A stretch of 64,000 nt of DNA from a virus, in the IMG/VR virus record IMGVR_UViG_3300010224_000005; one strand, written 5' to 3'. The position numbers were made by a program, and so were the translations under genes. Below are positions 9,780 to 18,349 of the stretch, piece after piece (position 1 is the stretch's first letter; every line of letters starts with the position of its first letter). The notes under the pieces were generated by a model. That model made no database searches. It saw only the letters and a list, made by a program, of their open reading frames with translations, and was not told where the DNA came from.

Positions 9780-10163
9780 ATGCCGACCGAGCAGCGCTAC
9801 GTCCTCGGCATCGCCTACCAGGCCGGCCCCGACCCGCGCATCCGCCGCGGCGCCGACGGCGGCCGCGACTACTTCACACCCGAGGAACTGGAGAAAGCTG
9901 CCTGGGGCTTCCTGCAAAAGGGCGCCCAGGTCGGCCTCTTCCACGGCCCCGACGCAACAGTCGGCGCCGCCACCGTCGTCGAGTCCTACATCTGGCGCGG
10001 CGACGACTGGGACCTCGGAGACGGCACGACCGTCCGCAAAGGCGACTGGCTGATCGGCGCCATCCTCGACGAGCCCGCCTGGCAGCTGTACAAGTCCGGC
10101 CGGATCACCGGTTTCTCGCCGCAGGGACAGGCGCGGCGCATCACCCGACGGAGCACCGAATGA
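9780..10163 (+). CDS. XkdF-like phage protein (putative prohead serine protease-like family)
   Basis: Pattern YVLGIAY...DYFTPEELEKAAWGF...GLFH...VVESYIW...GDWLIGAIL..WQLYKSGRITGFS matches the XkdF family layout. Confidence 0.7.
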   Translation: MPTEQRYVLGIAYQAGPDPRIRRGADGGRDYFTPEELEKAAWGFLQKGAQVGLFHGPDATVGAATVVESYIWRGDDWDLGDGTTVRKGDWLIGAILDEPAWQLYKSGRITGFSPQGQARRITRRSTE

Positions 10164-12139
10164 CCCCTGCAGAGGACGAGTTCACCGAGCTCGTCGACGC
10201 CGACATCCCACGCGTGGACCTGGTCGACAAGGCCGCCAACGGCACGCGGTTCCTCATCGCCAAGAACGCCTCCGGCAGCGGACTGCTGGATCCAGCACTG
10301 GTCCGCGAACTCCTCGGCACCAGCGAACAGCCGCCCCCAGGCCCGGAGACGGTCACGATGACGGGCAGCCCCGCGGCGATCGCCAAGATGATCCACGACG
10401 CCGCCCTCCGCTCCCGCCAAGGCGACTCCGCAGTCACTGCGGCCGCCGAGCCCGCCGACGAACAGGTCCTCAAGGCCAAGTACGACGCCGACGACCTGCG
10501 CCGCATGGCCGCCAGCGGCCAGGCCATGAGGGACGAGTCCTACCCCATCGCCGACCACGAGGACCTCACCAGAGCAATCCGCGCAGTCGGACGCGGCGGC
10601 GCCGATCACGGCTCGATCCGTCGCCACATCATCGCCCGAGCCAAGGCGCTGGGCGCCGCAAGCGAGATCCCCGACAACTGGAACAGCGATGGGAGCCTGA
10701 CAGTGGCCAAGGCCATGGAACCCGACGACGGCACCGACGGCATGGACCCCACCGTCATCATGGCCGAGCCGGCTGGCACCGCGCCCGGCAACCCCACGAC
10801 CCCTGGCAGCCCGGCCTGGGAGGCCATCGACGCGGCCACCGCCAGGAAGTGGACCGGCATTCTTGCCCGCGCGAAGGCAGCCATCGACCTCCTCGCGGAC
10901 CGGGAAATGATGGAAGCCGCGTCCGGCGCCGACCCCGACGACGCCGACCAGGCCTACGACCTCCAGGACGCCTGCTGCGCCATCGACTACGCCATCTCGG
11001 TCCTGGCCCCATTCGCAGTCGCCGAGCAGGCCGAGGCCGACTGCGGCGAGGAGATGGCCGCCGTGGGCAAGGCCCTCGCCGGTTTCGACACGGCCCCGCT
11101 CGACACGATCGAGGCCCTCGCCAGCATCACCAAGGCCGGCCGCGTCCTGTCAGCCAGTAACGAGGCCGCCATTCGCGGCGCCGTCGAGCAGCTGACGAAG
11201 GTCCTCGCCAGCCTGCCGGCACCCATCAGCGACGAGGAGAGCGGCCGGCCGGTCGCCAAGACCGCCCACGAGGAGCCCGACATGCCCCAGCCCACCCCCA
11301 GCGACGAGGCCACCGAAGCGGCCGGCCAGGAGCCCGCGATGGGAGCCGCCGAGCCCACCCCGAAGCCGGTCGCGGGCCTCCCCGTCACCGCGCTCAAGGC
11401 CGCGGAGCACCACGTTCCCGCCAGCCTGGCCAAGGGACTCGAACCGGATACCGGGACCAGGGCGGTGGCCAAGGACGGCGACAAGGAGATGGTCGCCGTC
11501 TACGACGCCAAGGGAAAGCTCGTCGGCATCGTGGCCCCTGAGAAGATCACCCGCATCGCCGGCGCCGACTCCGACACCAGCGACGACACCCCGGCAGACA
11601 GTGCCGACGGCACCGGTGCTGCCGGGCCTGAGACCACCGACCTCCAGCCGGCCCCGGCCGCCGAGGTCGGAACCCCGGCCGACGCCGTCCCCGACGACGA
11701 CGTCACCAAGCAGACCACCAACCCGAGCGACACCACCCCGGATGCCGAGAGCAGCACCGCGGATGTGGCCAAGCGGCTCGACGACTACAGCGCCACCCAG
11801 GAGCAGGTCAACTCCGAGCAGAGCGAGAAGATCGCCAAGCAGGACGCGACGCTGAAGGAACTGGCGGAAGCCGTCGAACTACTGAAGGGCCAGGTCCGGG
11901 TGCTGGAGGAGCAGCCCGCCGTGCCGCACGTGTTCACCAACGGAGCCGTCCCGCCGCCGCACATGATGCGCGGCCAGGACAACGGCGCCCCGCCTGTAGA
12001 CGTCGCCAAGGCGCAGCAACTGAAGAAGCAGCTGTACCGCGGCCCGGACGCGGGCGAGCAGAACGCCATCCACGGACAGCTGAACGAGATGGCCATCGCC
12101 GCGCTCCAGAGCATCCACCAGGGCGGCGCCCGCCCGTAA
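10160..12139 (+). CDS. Scaffolding protein (long acidic/Pro-rich protein with C-terminal coiled coil)
   Basis: ATGA overlap with the previous gene. Position between the XkdF-like gene and the capsid gene. Low-complexity D/E/P/A regions and a helical C-terminus. Confidence 0.6.
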   Translation: MTPAEDEFTELVDADIPRVDLVDKAANGTRFLIAKNASGSGLLDPALVRELLGTSEQPPPGPETVTMTGSPAAIAKMIHDAALRSRQGDSAVTAAAEPADEQVLKAKYDADDLRRMAASGQAMRDESYPIADHEDLTRAIRAVGRGGADHGSIRRHIIARAKALGAASEIPDNWNSDGSLTVAKAMEPDDGTDGMDPTVIMAEPAGTAPGNPTTPGSPAWEAIDAATARKWTGILARAKAAIDLLADREMMEAASGADPDDADQAYDLQDACCAIDYAISVLAPFAVAEQAEADCGEEMAAVGKALAGFDTAPLDTIEALASITKAGRVLSASNEAAIRGAVEQLTKVLASLPAPISDEESGRPVAKTAHEEPDMPQPTPSDEATEAAGQEPAMGAAEPTPKPVAGLPVTALKAAEHHVPASLAKGLEPDTGTRAVAKDGDKEMVAVYDAKGKLVGIVAPEKITRIAGADSDTSDDTPADSADGTGAAGPETTDLQPAPAAEVGTPADAVPDDDVTKQTTNPSDTTPDAESSTADVAKRLDDYSATQEQVNSEQSEKIAKQDATLKELAEAVELLKGQVRVLEEQPAVPHVFTNGAVPPPHMMRGQDNGAPPVDVAKAQQLKKQLYRGPDAGEQNAIHGQLNEMAIAALQSIHQGGARP

Positions 12140-12166
12140 GCGCCCCGCCCCAGCACGCCACTCCGC

Positions 12167-12200
12167 AACCCCCGAGCAGCCACCGGCAGCCGGGGGTTTT
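12167..12200 (+). terminator. Hairpin plus T-tract downstream of the scaffold gene
   Basis: AACCCCCG..(15 nt)..CGGGGGTT followed by TTTCTC. Confidence 0.45.
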
Positions 12201-12220
12201 CTCATGCCCAGGAGGCATCC

Positions 12221-13696
12221 GTGAGCGCTCCGCTCGAAAACGTGACTGAGGAGACGCTGGCCGCCATCGCCAAGGCGCAGACGACCGGCATCCTGCAGTC
12301 CACCGGCTTCTACAGCTACGACCTCTCGCCGCTGGTCCAGCTGATCCCCGTCGTCACCCCCTTCCGCGACATGGTGCCGCGCGTCCGCTCCAAGGACGGC
12401 AACCCCTTCGCCGTGTGGCGGTCCGTCATGGACGCCACGAACGCGCAGCCCGACCCGTCGATGGGCATCGACTACGCCGCGAACGAAGTCATCTTCAGGG
12501 AGCAGGACTTCCAGGCGAAGTACATGCCGACCGGTCTCGCCGGCCTCGCCACGCAGGACGCATTCGACTTCGGCACGGGATATGCCGACCCCTACCAGGT
12601 CGCAACTTTCCAGACCCTGAACCAGGTGCTCATCGCGGACGACCGCAAGCTGATGGGCGCTCAGAGCTTCGCGCTCGCCCGGCCGGCCGCCCCGACGCTG
12701 TCGCAGGCATCGACGGGCGGCACCATCGGCGCGGTCACCGCCTACGTAGGTGTCGCCGCGCGCACCGGCTCGGGCTACTACTACGGGACCGGCAACAGCC
12801 GCGGCAACTCGGCGTCGACCACGTTCGCCTCCGGCTCCACCAACAAGATCACGGCCACCGTCGCCAGCGTCCGGGGTGCCGTCGCGTACGACTGGTTCTA
12901 CTCGGCGGACGGGACGACCTGGTACTACTACACCACCACGACCACCAACACCGTCTCCATCACGAAGACGATCAACGCCAACCAGCCGCTGCCGTCGAGC
13001 ATTGTGACGCCGGACCTCTCCAGCGTCGTGCCGACTTTCAACGCGGCCGCCGACAACGGCAGCGCGAACGCCAAGGACTACGACGGCTTTCTGGCCAGCC
13101 TCGCCGGCGACTACAGCTCGGCTGGCCAGTGGGTTCAGCCCGGCACCGGCACGGCGAACCCGTCGATCAACAACAGCCTCGACGGCGCCGCGCTCACCCT
13201 CGCCGGCGGCAGCATCGCCGAGATCGAGAACCTCCTGTTCCTGCCGCTGTGGCAGCAGGTCAAGTGCTCCCCGACCGCGCTCATGATGAACGCCGTCCAG
13301 GCGCAGGAGATCGCCAACCTGGTCCTCGGCTCCAGCGCCGCGACCACGTACCTCACCACCGACGCCTCCGGCCGCATCAGCACCACGGCGGGCGGCCGCG
13401 TCGGCGAGATCGTCAACGCGCCGGCGGGCGGGGTGACCGTCCCCATCGAGGTCCACGTCTCCCTGCCCCCGGGCACGATCATCGCCCGCACGGACAGGGT
13501 GCCTTTCCCCCAGGCCAACATCACCTCGGTGCTCGAGTACCGCAACCTCCGCGACACCGCACAGTTCGACTACGGCATCAGCCGCGTCGCCAACGCGGTC
13601 GGCGGCGGCCCGCGCCGAGAGTTCGAAATCCGCTCCGTCGGCGCGTTCGTCAACCGGGCCCCGGTTGCCATGGGCGTCCTGCAGAACGTCGCCTGA
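12221..13696 (+). CDS. Major capsid protein
   Basis: GGAGG RBS and GTG start. 491 aa, in the position after the scaffold and followed by a strong terminator. Composition typical of actinophage capsid proteins. Confidence 0.85.
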   Translation: MSAPLENVTEETLAAIAKAQTTGILQSTGFYSYDLSPLVQLIPVVTPFRDMVPRVRSKDGNPFAVWRSVMDATNAQPDPSMGIDYAANEVIFREQDFQAKYMPTGLAGLATQDAFDFGTGYADPYQVATFQTLNQVLIADDRKLMGAQSFALARPAAPTLSQASTGGTIGAVTAYVGVAARTGSGYYYGTGNSRGNSASTTFASGSTNKITATVASVRGAVAYDWFYSADGTTWYYYTTTTTNTVSITKTINANQPLPSSIVTPDLSSVVPTFNAAADNGSANAKDYDGFLASLAGDYSSAGQWVQPGTGTANPSINNSLDGAALTLAGGSIAEIENLLFLPLWQQVKCSPTALMMNAVQAQEIANLVLGSSAATTYLTTDASGRISTTAGGRVGEIVNAPAGGVTVPIEVHVSLPPGTIIARTDRVPFPQANITSVLEYRNLRDTAQFDYGISRVANAVGGGPRREFEIRSVGAFVNRAPVAMGVLQNVA

Positions 13697-13710
13697 CCCT
13701 TCCCTCACCT

Positions 13711-13742
13711 GCGCAGGGTGCAGACCCCACTGCACCCTGCGC
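13711..13742 (+). terminator. Strong stem-loop after the capsid gene
   Basis: GCGCAGGGTGCAG-ACCCCA-CTGCACCCTGCGC, a 13-bp perfect stem. Confidence 0.6.
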
Positions 13743-13773
13743 CTCCCCTCGACCAGACCCCTGGAGTGCAGGC

Positions 13774-14121
13774 ATGCGCCTCTACACGCTCACGGGCGCC
13801 ACCGCGCTCGACGACGGCGAATACGGACACTTCGAAGCCGACGAGCAGGGCGGCTTCGACTTCCCCGACGATCTCTCCGACCGACTGCACCGCTTCCACT
13901 TCGGCGGGCGGCCCCAGTGGGAAACCGACGTCGAACGCCAGGAGCGCCTCATCGCTGAAGAGCTCGAGCGCCGCAAGGACCCCGCCACCCTGCTCGAGGC
14001 CGTGCAGCTACTCGTCCAGGCCGCCCAGGGCACCGCCGCACAGCCAGCACCCGAAGCTCCGGCCGAGCCGACGCCGGCGAAGAAGCCCACCAAGCGCACG
14101 TCGGCCAAGACGACCGCATGA
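13774..14121 (+). CDS. Hypothetical head-associated protein
   Basis: ATG in frame with ORF 12415..14121. Sensible sequence MRLYTLTGATALDDGEYGHFE... with a basic tail. Confidence 0.5.
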   Translation: MRLYTLTGATALDDGEYGHFEADEQGGFDFPDDLSDRLHRFHFGGRPQWETDVERQERLIAEELERRKDPATLLEAVQLLVQAAQGTAAQPAPEAPAEPTPAKKPTKRTSAKTTA

Positions 14122-14152
14122 AGCCCTGACTCTCGCCGGGAGGTGACTGTTC

Positions 14153-15010
14153 GTGGCCGCCAGCCCCTATGTGACAACGGCCGAATTCGAGGCGCACCCC
14201 ACGTACTTGGACCTGGACGACCTGCGTTCAGGCATCGAGGACCCCGACGCGCAGACGGCCGAGCTCCAGAACGTTCTACTGATGGCGTCCGGCTGGGCCG
14301 ACCGCCAGTGCAACGTCGGTCAGCTGGCCGCCCACCAGCTGACGCTGCACACGCGTGGCCGTTGCGACGCTCAGGGCGTGCTGAGCGTCTACCCCACGGA
14401 CCGGCCCGTCCTGTCCGTGTCCCAGGTGTCCTTCGGCGAGTCGTTCACCAGCACGACCACCGTCACGAACCCCTCCTACCGGGTCGACAAGGACCAGACG
14501 GTCTACCTGTCTATCGGCCGTGGCGTGGCGCGGCCGGGCGCCTGGCTGTACGTCGACATCACCTACATCGCCGGCTGGTCCTCCACCACCCTCGCGGCGG
14601 ACGCCACAGCCGGGGCGACCTCACTGAAGGTGGCCGACCCGACCGGAATCCTGCCCGGGCAGACATACCGGCTCTGGGACCCCGGCGCCGAGGAGAGCGT
14701 CACCGTCTCCCCGTCCTACACACCCGTAACCGTCACCACGCCACCCACGGCGACGTCGATCCCGCTCGCCGCCCCCACCACGGCCAACCACACGACCGGT
14801 GGTGGCTGGTCGGGGATGCACCCCGACATGAAGCTCGCGGTCATCAACTACGGCGTCTCCCAGCTGATGCGCCCGGACACTGCGGCCGAGGACTCCTACC
14901 CGGACACCGAACTCGCTGCCGGCACCCGGCAAAAGGACCCCCGCCGCGACGGCTCCGGTCTCGTCGCGGAAGCCGTACGCCTGCTCAGCCCGTTTGCGAG
15001 GCGCATGTGA
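14153..15010 (+). CDS. Head-tail connector/adaptor candidate
   Basis: N-terminus SPYVTTAEFEAH...LQNVLLMASGWADRQC resembles gp6-like connector N-termini. Gene position also fits. Confidence 0.45.
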   Translation: MAASPYVTTAEFEAHPTYLDLDDLRSGIEDPDAQTAELQNVLLMASGWADRQCNVGQLAAHQLTLHTRGRCDAQGVLSVYPTDRPVLSVSQVSFGESFTSTTTVTNPSYRVDKDQTVYLSIGRGVARPGAWLYVDITYIAGWSSTTLAADATAGATSLKVADPTGILPGQTYRLWDPGAEESVTVSPSYTPVTVTTPPTATSIPLAAPTTANHTTGGGWSGMHPDMKLAVINYGVSQLMRPDTAAEDSYPDTELAAGTRQKDPRRDGSGLVAEAVRLLSPFARRM

Positions 15011-15543
15011 GCGTCGAAACAGCCCTCGACGGGATCTGCCGCTACTTCGGCGGCCCGTACGACCCGAAGACCCGCACCTACCGGTCCTCACCGCTCGTCA
15101 ACTACGGCGTCGGCATCGTGCGCCGGGCGTGGGCCAAGCGCGACGACCACCGGGACTACACCTGGGGCCAGCCGCCAGGGGCGCGCACCGGCTGCCAGAT
15201 CGTCGTCTTCATCCCGCACCACTACGAGTTCCGTAAGGCGCTCGGCGGTGAGCACGGCGGCATGAAGCAGATCAACTACGACGTGCAGCTCCTGTGCTAC
15301 GTCCGCTCCACCACCCCCTACGCCGAGGACGCCCAGGACGACGTCTATGCCCTGCGCCGCGCCCTCGTCGAGCACATCCGTCTCGACCGCACCCTCGGCG
15401 GGGCGGTCTTCCAGGCCGGAGAGCACGTCGACGGCGGCATGGACGGCATCGACTTCAAGTACGGCCAGCCGGAGACCAAGGCCGAACTCACCAAGAGCTT
15501 CCTGCAAATCGACTTCGGCGCGGTCGAGTTCGTCAGCGCCTGA
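15007..15543 (+). CDS. Head-tail joining / neck protein candidate
   Basis: GTGA overlap with the previous gene and position in the neck module. Confidence 0.45.
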   Translation: MSVETALDGICRYFGGPYDPKTRTYRSSPLVNYGVGIVRRAWAKRDDHRDYTWGQPPGARTGCQIVVFIPHHYEFRKALGGEHGGMKQINYDVQLLCYVRSTTPYAEDAQDDVYALRRALVEHIRLDRTLGGAVFQAGEHVDGGMDGIDFKYGQPETKAELTKSFLQIDFGAVEFVSA

Positions 15544-15592
15544 CCGGCCGCACCCCCTCTTCCCGTTCGTTCCCTCTGCCTGCGGAGTCTGC

Positions 15593-15958
15593 ATGCCCAC
15601 CAAGCCCCCCAGGAACGCTGAGCCGACGCCGCAGCCGGAGACACCCGACGCTGCGGCCCCCGACATCCCCGCTGACAGCGAGCCGCCCACCGGCCTCCTC
15701 GACCCAGGGGTCTACGAGTACACGCACGTCAACGAATGCGTGTACCCGCACGTGCCACTCACGGCCCGCGCTGCACACCCCGGACGCCCCGCCCGCCCGG
15801 CCAGTGACGGCGACTCGGGCGATCCCGGAGAGCCGGCTGTCATCGCGACCGTCTTCCACTGGGCCTTCGGGGCACCGGACGACGGCCGCTGGGCGCCCAC
15901 CCGTAAGAAGCCCAACCAGGCCGCCGACAACGAGCCGGCCCCGTCCAGCGAGGAGTGA
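15593..15958 (+). CDS. Hypothetical Pro-rich protein
   Basis: ATG in frame with ORF 15347..15958. Call is based on position only. Confidence 0.35.
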   Translation: MPTKPPRNAEPTPQPETPDAAAPDIPADSEPPTGLLDPGVYEYTHVNECVYPHVPLTARAAHPGRPARPASDGDSGDPGEPAVIATVFHWAFGAPDDGRWAPTRKKPNQAADNEPAPSSEE

Positions 15959-15961
15959 CCG

Positions 15962-17209
15962 GTGCCGACCCCCACCACCTACGCACCCGCGAAGCAGTTC
16001 GTCGGCATCGCACCGGAAACGTCGCAAGGCACCCCGGTCGCGATGACCACGACGATCCTCGTCGATGAGGCGAAGCCCAAGGACAACCCCACCTGGCTCG
16101 ACGACAAGAGCTGGCGTGGGAGCATGGCCACTGACGCCTTCGCCAAGATCCAGGGCGTCAAGATGGCCGAGTTCGAACTCGGCGGACCCGCCTATGGCGA
16201 CGGCCTCGGGTTCTTCCTGCGCAACATCCTCGGCGACCTGTCCTACACCGGCACCTCCACCGGCAGTGGCGGCACCACGCTGTCCGCCAGTGCAGCGGCC
16301 GGCGCCACCTCGATCTCGACGGTCGCCACCATTCCGAACGGCACCATCGTCCAGATCGGCACCGGAGCGACCGCCGAAGTCTTCACGACCGGCACCCCGA
16401 CCGGATCCGGCCCCTACACCATCCCGCTGGCCACGCCCGCCGGCGGCCTGGCCTACGCGCACGCCTCCGCCCAGGCCGTGCAGCCGGTCACCGGCCCCTA
16501 CACGCAAGCCCACTCGCTGCTCAACTCCGGCAGCGGCCAGCCGCCCTCCCACACGATCACCCACTTCCTCGGCCCCACGGCCACGTCCGGCGCGCGCCAG
16601 TATCCGGGCGCATGCCTGTCCGAACTGGGGTTGAAGTGGAACGCCGAGAGCGAGCTCCTCACGTGGAGCGGGAAGGCGACGACCTGGCCGTCGGTGGCGC
16701 TTGGCTCAGCGCCGCTGGCCAACCCGTCGGCGGTACTGCCGATCGCGTCCTGGCGCATGCAGGTCGGCATCGGCGGCCCGGCCTCGGGAGGCACCCTCGT
16801 CCCGACCGTGACGGACGGCGAGCTCACCATCAAGCGTGAGTTGTCGCCGTACTTCACAGCGAACGGCGTGCAGACGCCGTACATCATTCAGCGCGGCGGC
16901 CTCAGCGTCGAAGGCAAGCTCACCTTCGTCGCCGCCGATGAGAGCCCCCTGCTGTACATGATCAACAACACGCAGCCCCAGCTGCAGATCCTCCTGGACA
17001 ACGGCCTCTCGGGCACCAACAAGATCACGCTCCAGATCGACTGCCAGATCGCCGCGTTCACCGAGGCCGAGCCTGACGGCTCCAAGACCGCGGTGGAGTA
17101 CGGCGACAGCTGGGTCGCCGTACTGAACACCACCAACTCCGGGGGCAGCGGCGGCTACAGCCCGGTCAAGATCAGCGTCACGAACAACGTCCCGGCCGGC
17201 ACCTACTGA
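15962..17209 (+). CDS. Major tail (tube) protein
   Basis: 415 aa, T/G/S-rich, directly upstream of the chaperone pair and the tape measure gene. Confidence 0.7.
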   Translation: MPTPTTYAPAKQFVGIAPETSQGTPVAMTTTILVDEAKPKDNPTWLDDKSWRGSMATDAFAKIQGVKMAEFELGGPAYGDGLGFFLRNILGDLSYTGTSTGSGGTTLSASAAAGATSISTVATIPNGTIVQIGTGATAEVFTTGTPTGSGPYTIPLATPAGGLAYAHASAQAVQPVTGPYTQAHSLLNSGSGQPPSHTITHFLGPTATSGARQYPGACLSELGLKWNAESELLTWSGKATTWPSVALGSAPLANPSAVLPIASWRMQVGIGGPASGGTLVPTVTDGELTIKRELSPYFTANGVQTPYIIQRGGLSVEGKLTFVAADESPLLYMINNTQPQLQILLDNGLSGTNKITLQIDCQIAAFTEAEPDGSKTAVEYGDSWVAVLNTTNSGGSGGYSPVKISVTNNVPAGTY

Positions 17210-17246
17210 CCGGCCGTCCCCACCCTCACACCCTCGGAGCACCCTC

Positions 17247-17603
17247 ATGTCCACCACACAGCGCATCAAGCTGCCCTCCGGCGCCTGGGTCCAACTGCGC
17301 GACCCTCACACCCTGCGCCGCGGCGACCGCCAGAAGGTCCTCAGGCAGGTGCAGGACACCGAGAACGACATGGCCATGGGCCTCGACATGATCAACGGCC
17401 TGCTGCGGGTCCTGGTCATCGACTGGTCCTACGACCTGCCGCTGCCCGACAAGTCACCGGAATCCCTGGACCTGCTGCCGCTTGAGGACGACGACGCCCT
17501 GAGTGAGGCCATCGAACCGATCCGCAAGCTGATCTTTCCAGAGAAGCCCGACCCGAAGGACGTCAAGGACCCGGCGTCCCCTACCGAGCCCTCCGCCGTC
17601 TGA
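17247..17603 (+). CDS. Tail assembly chaperone (G-like)
   Basis: Acidic 118-aa protein between the major tail and tape measure genes. Confidence 0.65.
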   Translation: MSTTQRIKLPSGAWVQLRDPHTLRRGDRQKVLRQVQDTENDMAMGLDMINGLLRVLVIDWSYDLPLPDKSPESLDLLPLEDDDALSEAIEPIRKLIFPEKPDPKDVKDPASPTEPSAV

Positions 17604-17827
17604 GAGCACGGCTGGAGGGACACACCGTCCCAACAGGTCACCCGATCACCCCGATCGACGAGGCCTACGACTACCTCTGGTACGCCGAGCGCTACCACTG
17701 GACCCCCGACCAAGTCGACCGGCTCCCAGCGTGGGTCGACACCTGGCTCCCGCTCATGGCCATCGAGGTCGACAACGCTCGCGAACGCGCTCACGAGAAG
17801 GCCATGAAGAAGGCCGAAAGGGGGTGA
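17247..17827 (+). CDS. Tail assembly chaperone, putative -1 frameshift extension (GT-like)
   Basis: The -1 frame is open from 17507 to the TGA at 17825-17827. It encodes ...ITPIDEAYDYLWYAERYHWTPDQVDRLPAWVDTWLPLMAIEVDNARERAHEKAMKKAERG and has no ATG/GTG/TTG of its own before MAIEV. Confidence 0.5.
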
Positions 17828-17831
17828 ACGG

Positions 17832-18287
17832 GTGGGCGGCAGCATAGAAGTGGTCGGAGTGGCCCAGCTGAACATGGCTCTCGAGAAACTGCTGGGCTCC
17901 TTCAACCTCGCCACCCGCACCGCTACCGCGCACGCAGCCCACCTCCTCGAGGCGGAGATCAAGAAGACACTGGCGACGTCCAGCCACCCCCGCGGCACCC
18001 CGACCCCCTCACGCCCAGGGGACCCGCCCTCACTGGTGACTGGCACCCTGCGCCGATCCATCAGCGTCAAGGGCCCCAACCCCTTGGGCCTGGGCCGCTG
18101 GGAGGCGCAGATCGGGCCAACGGCCGTCTATGGGCGCATCCAGGAGCTCGGTGGCGTCACCGGCCGCGGCCACGCAACGACGCTGCCGGCGCGCCCGTTC
18201 GTGCAGCCCTCCTACACCAAGCTCGTCACGACCGGCGCACTGGCCCGCGTCTACCACGAGGCGTGGCGCTCAGCCATCACGCACTGA
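17832..18287 (+). CDS. HK97 gp10-family protein (tail completion/head-tail joining type)
   Basis: Motifs TGTLRRSI, VYGRIQELGG and LPARPFVQPSY match the gp10 family pattern. Confidence 0.65.
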   Translation: MGGSIEVVGVAQLNMALEKLLGSFNLATRTATAHAAHLLEAEIKKTLATSSHPRGTPTPSRPGDPPSLVTGTLRRSISVKGPNPLGLGRWEAQIGPTAVYGRIQELGGVTGRGHATTLPARPFVQPSYTKLVTTGALARVYHEAWRSAITH

Positions 18288-18349
18288 CCTCACGCTCGCC
18301 CCCGCTCGCGCCCCCTTCGGCGCCCAACCTCGCGAAGGGGGTGGGCGCC

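Noticed and set aside
11879-13735. Very long antisense or out-of-frame ORFs (e.g. 11879..13735 -, 21032..22960 -, 1552..3000 +, 6637..8130 -, 42130..43503 -, 49336..51177 + upstream part)
   Set aside because: These are typical high-GC shadow ORFs. They are extremely R/G/P/A-rich and overlap genes with clear motifs (capsid, tape measure, fibre, portal) on the other frame or strand.
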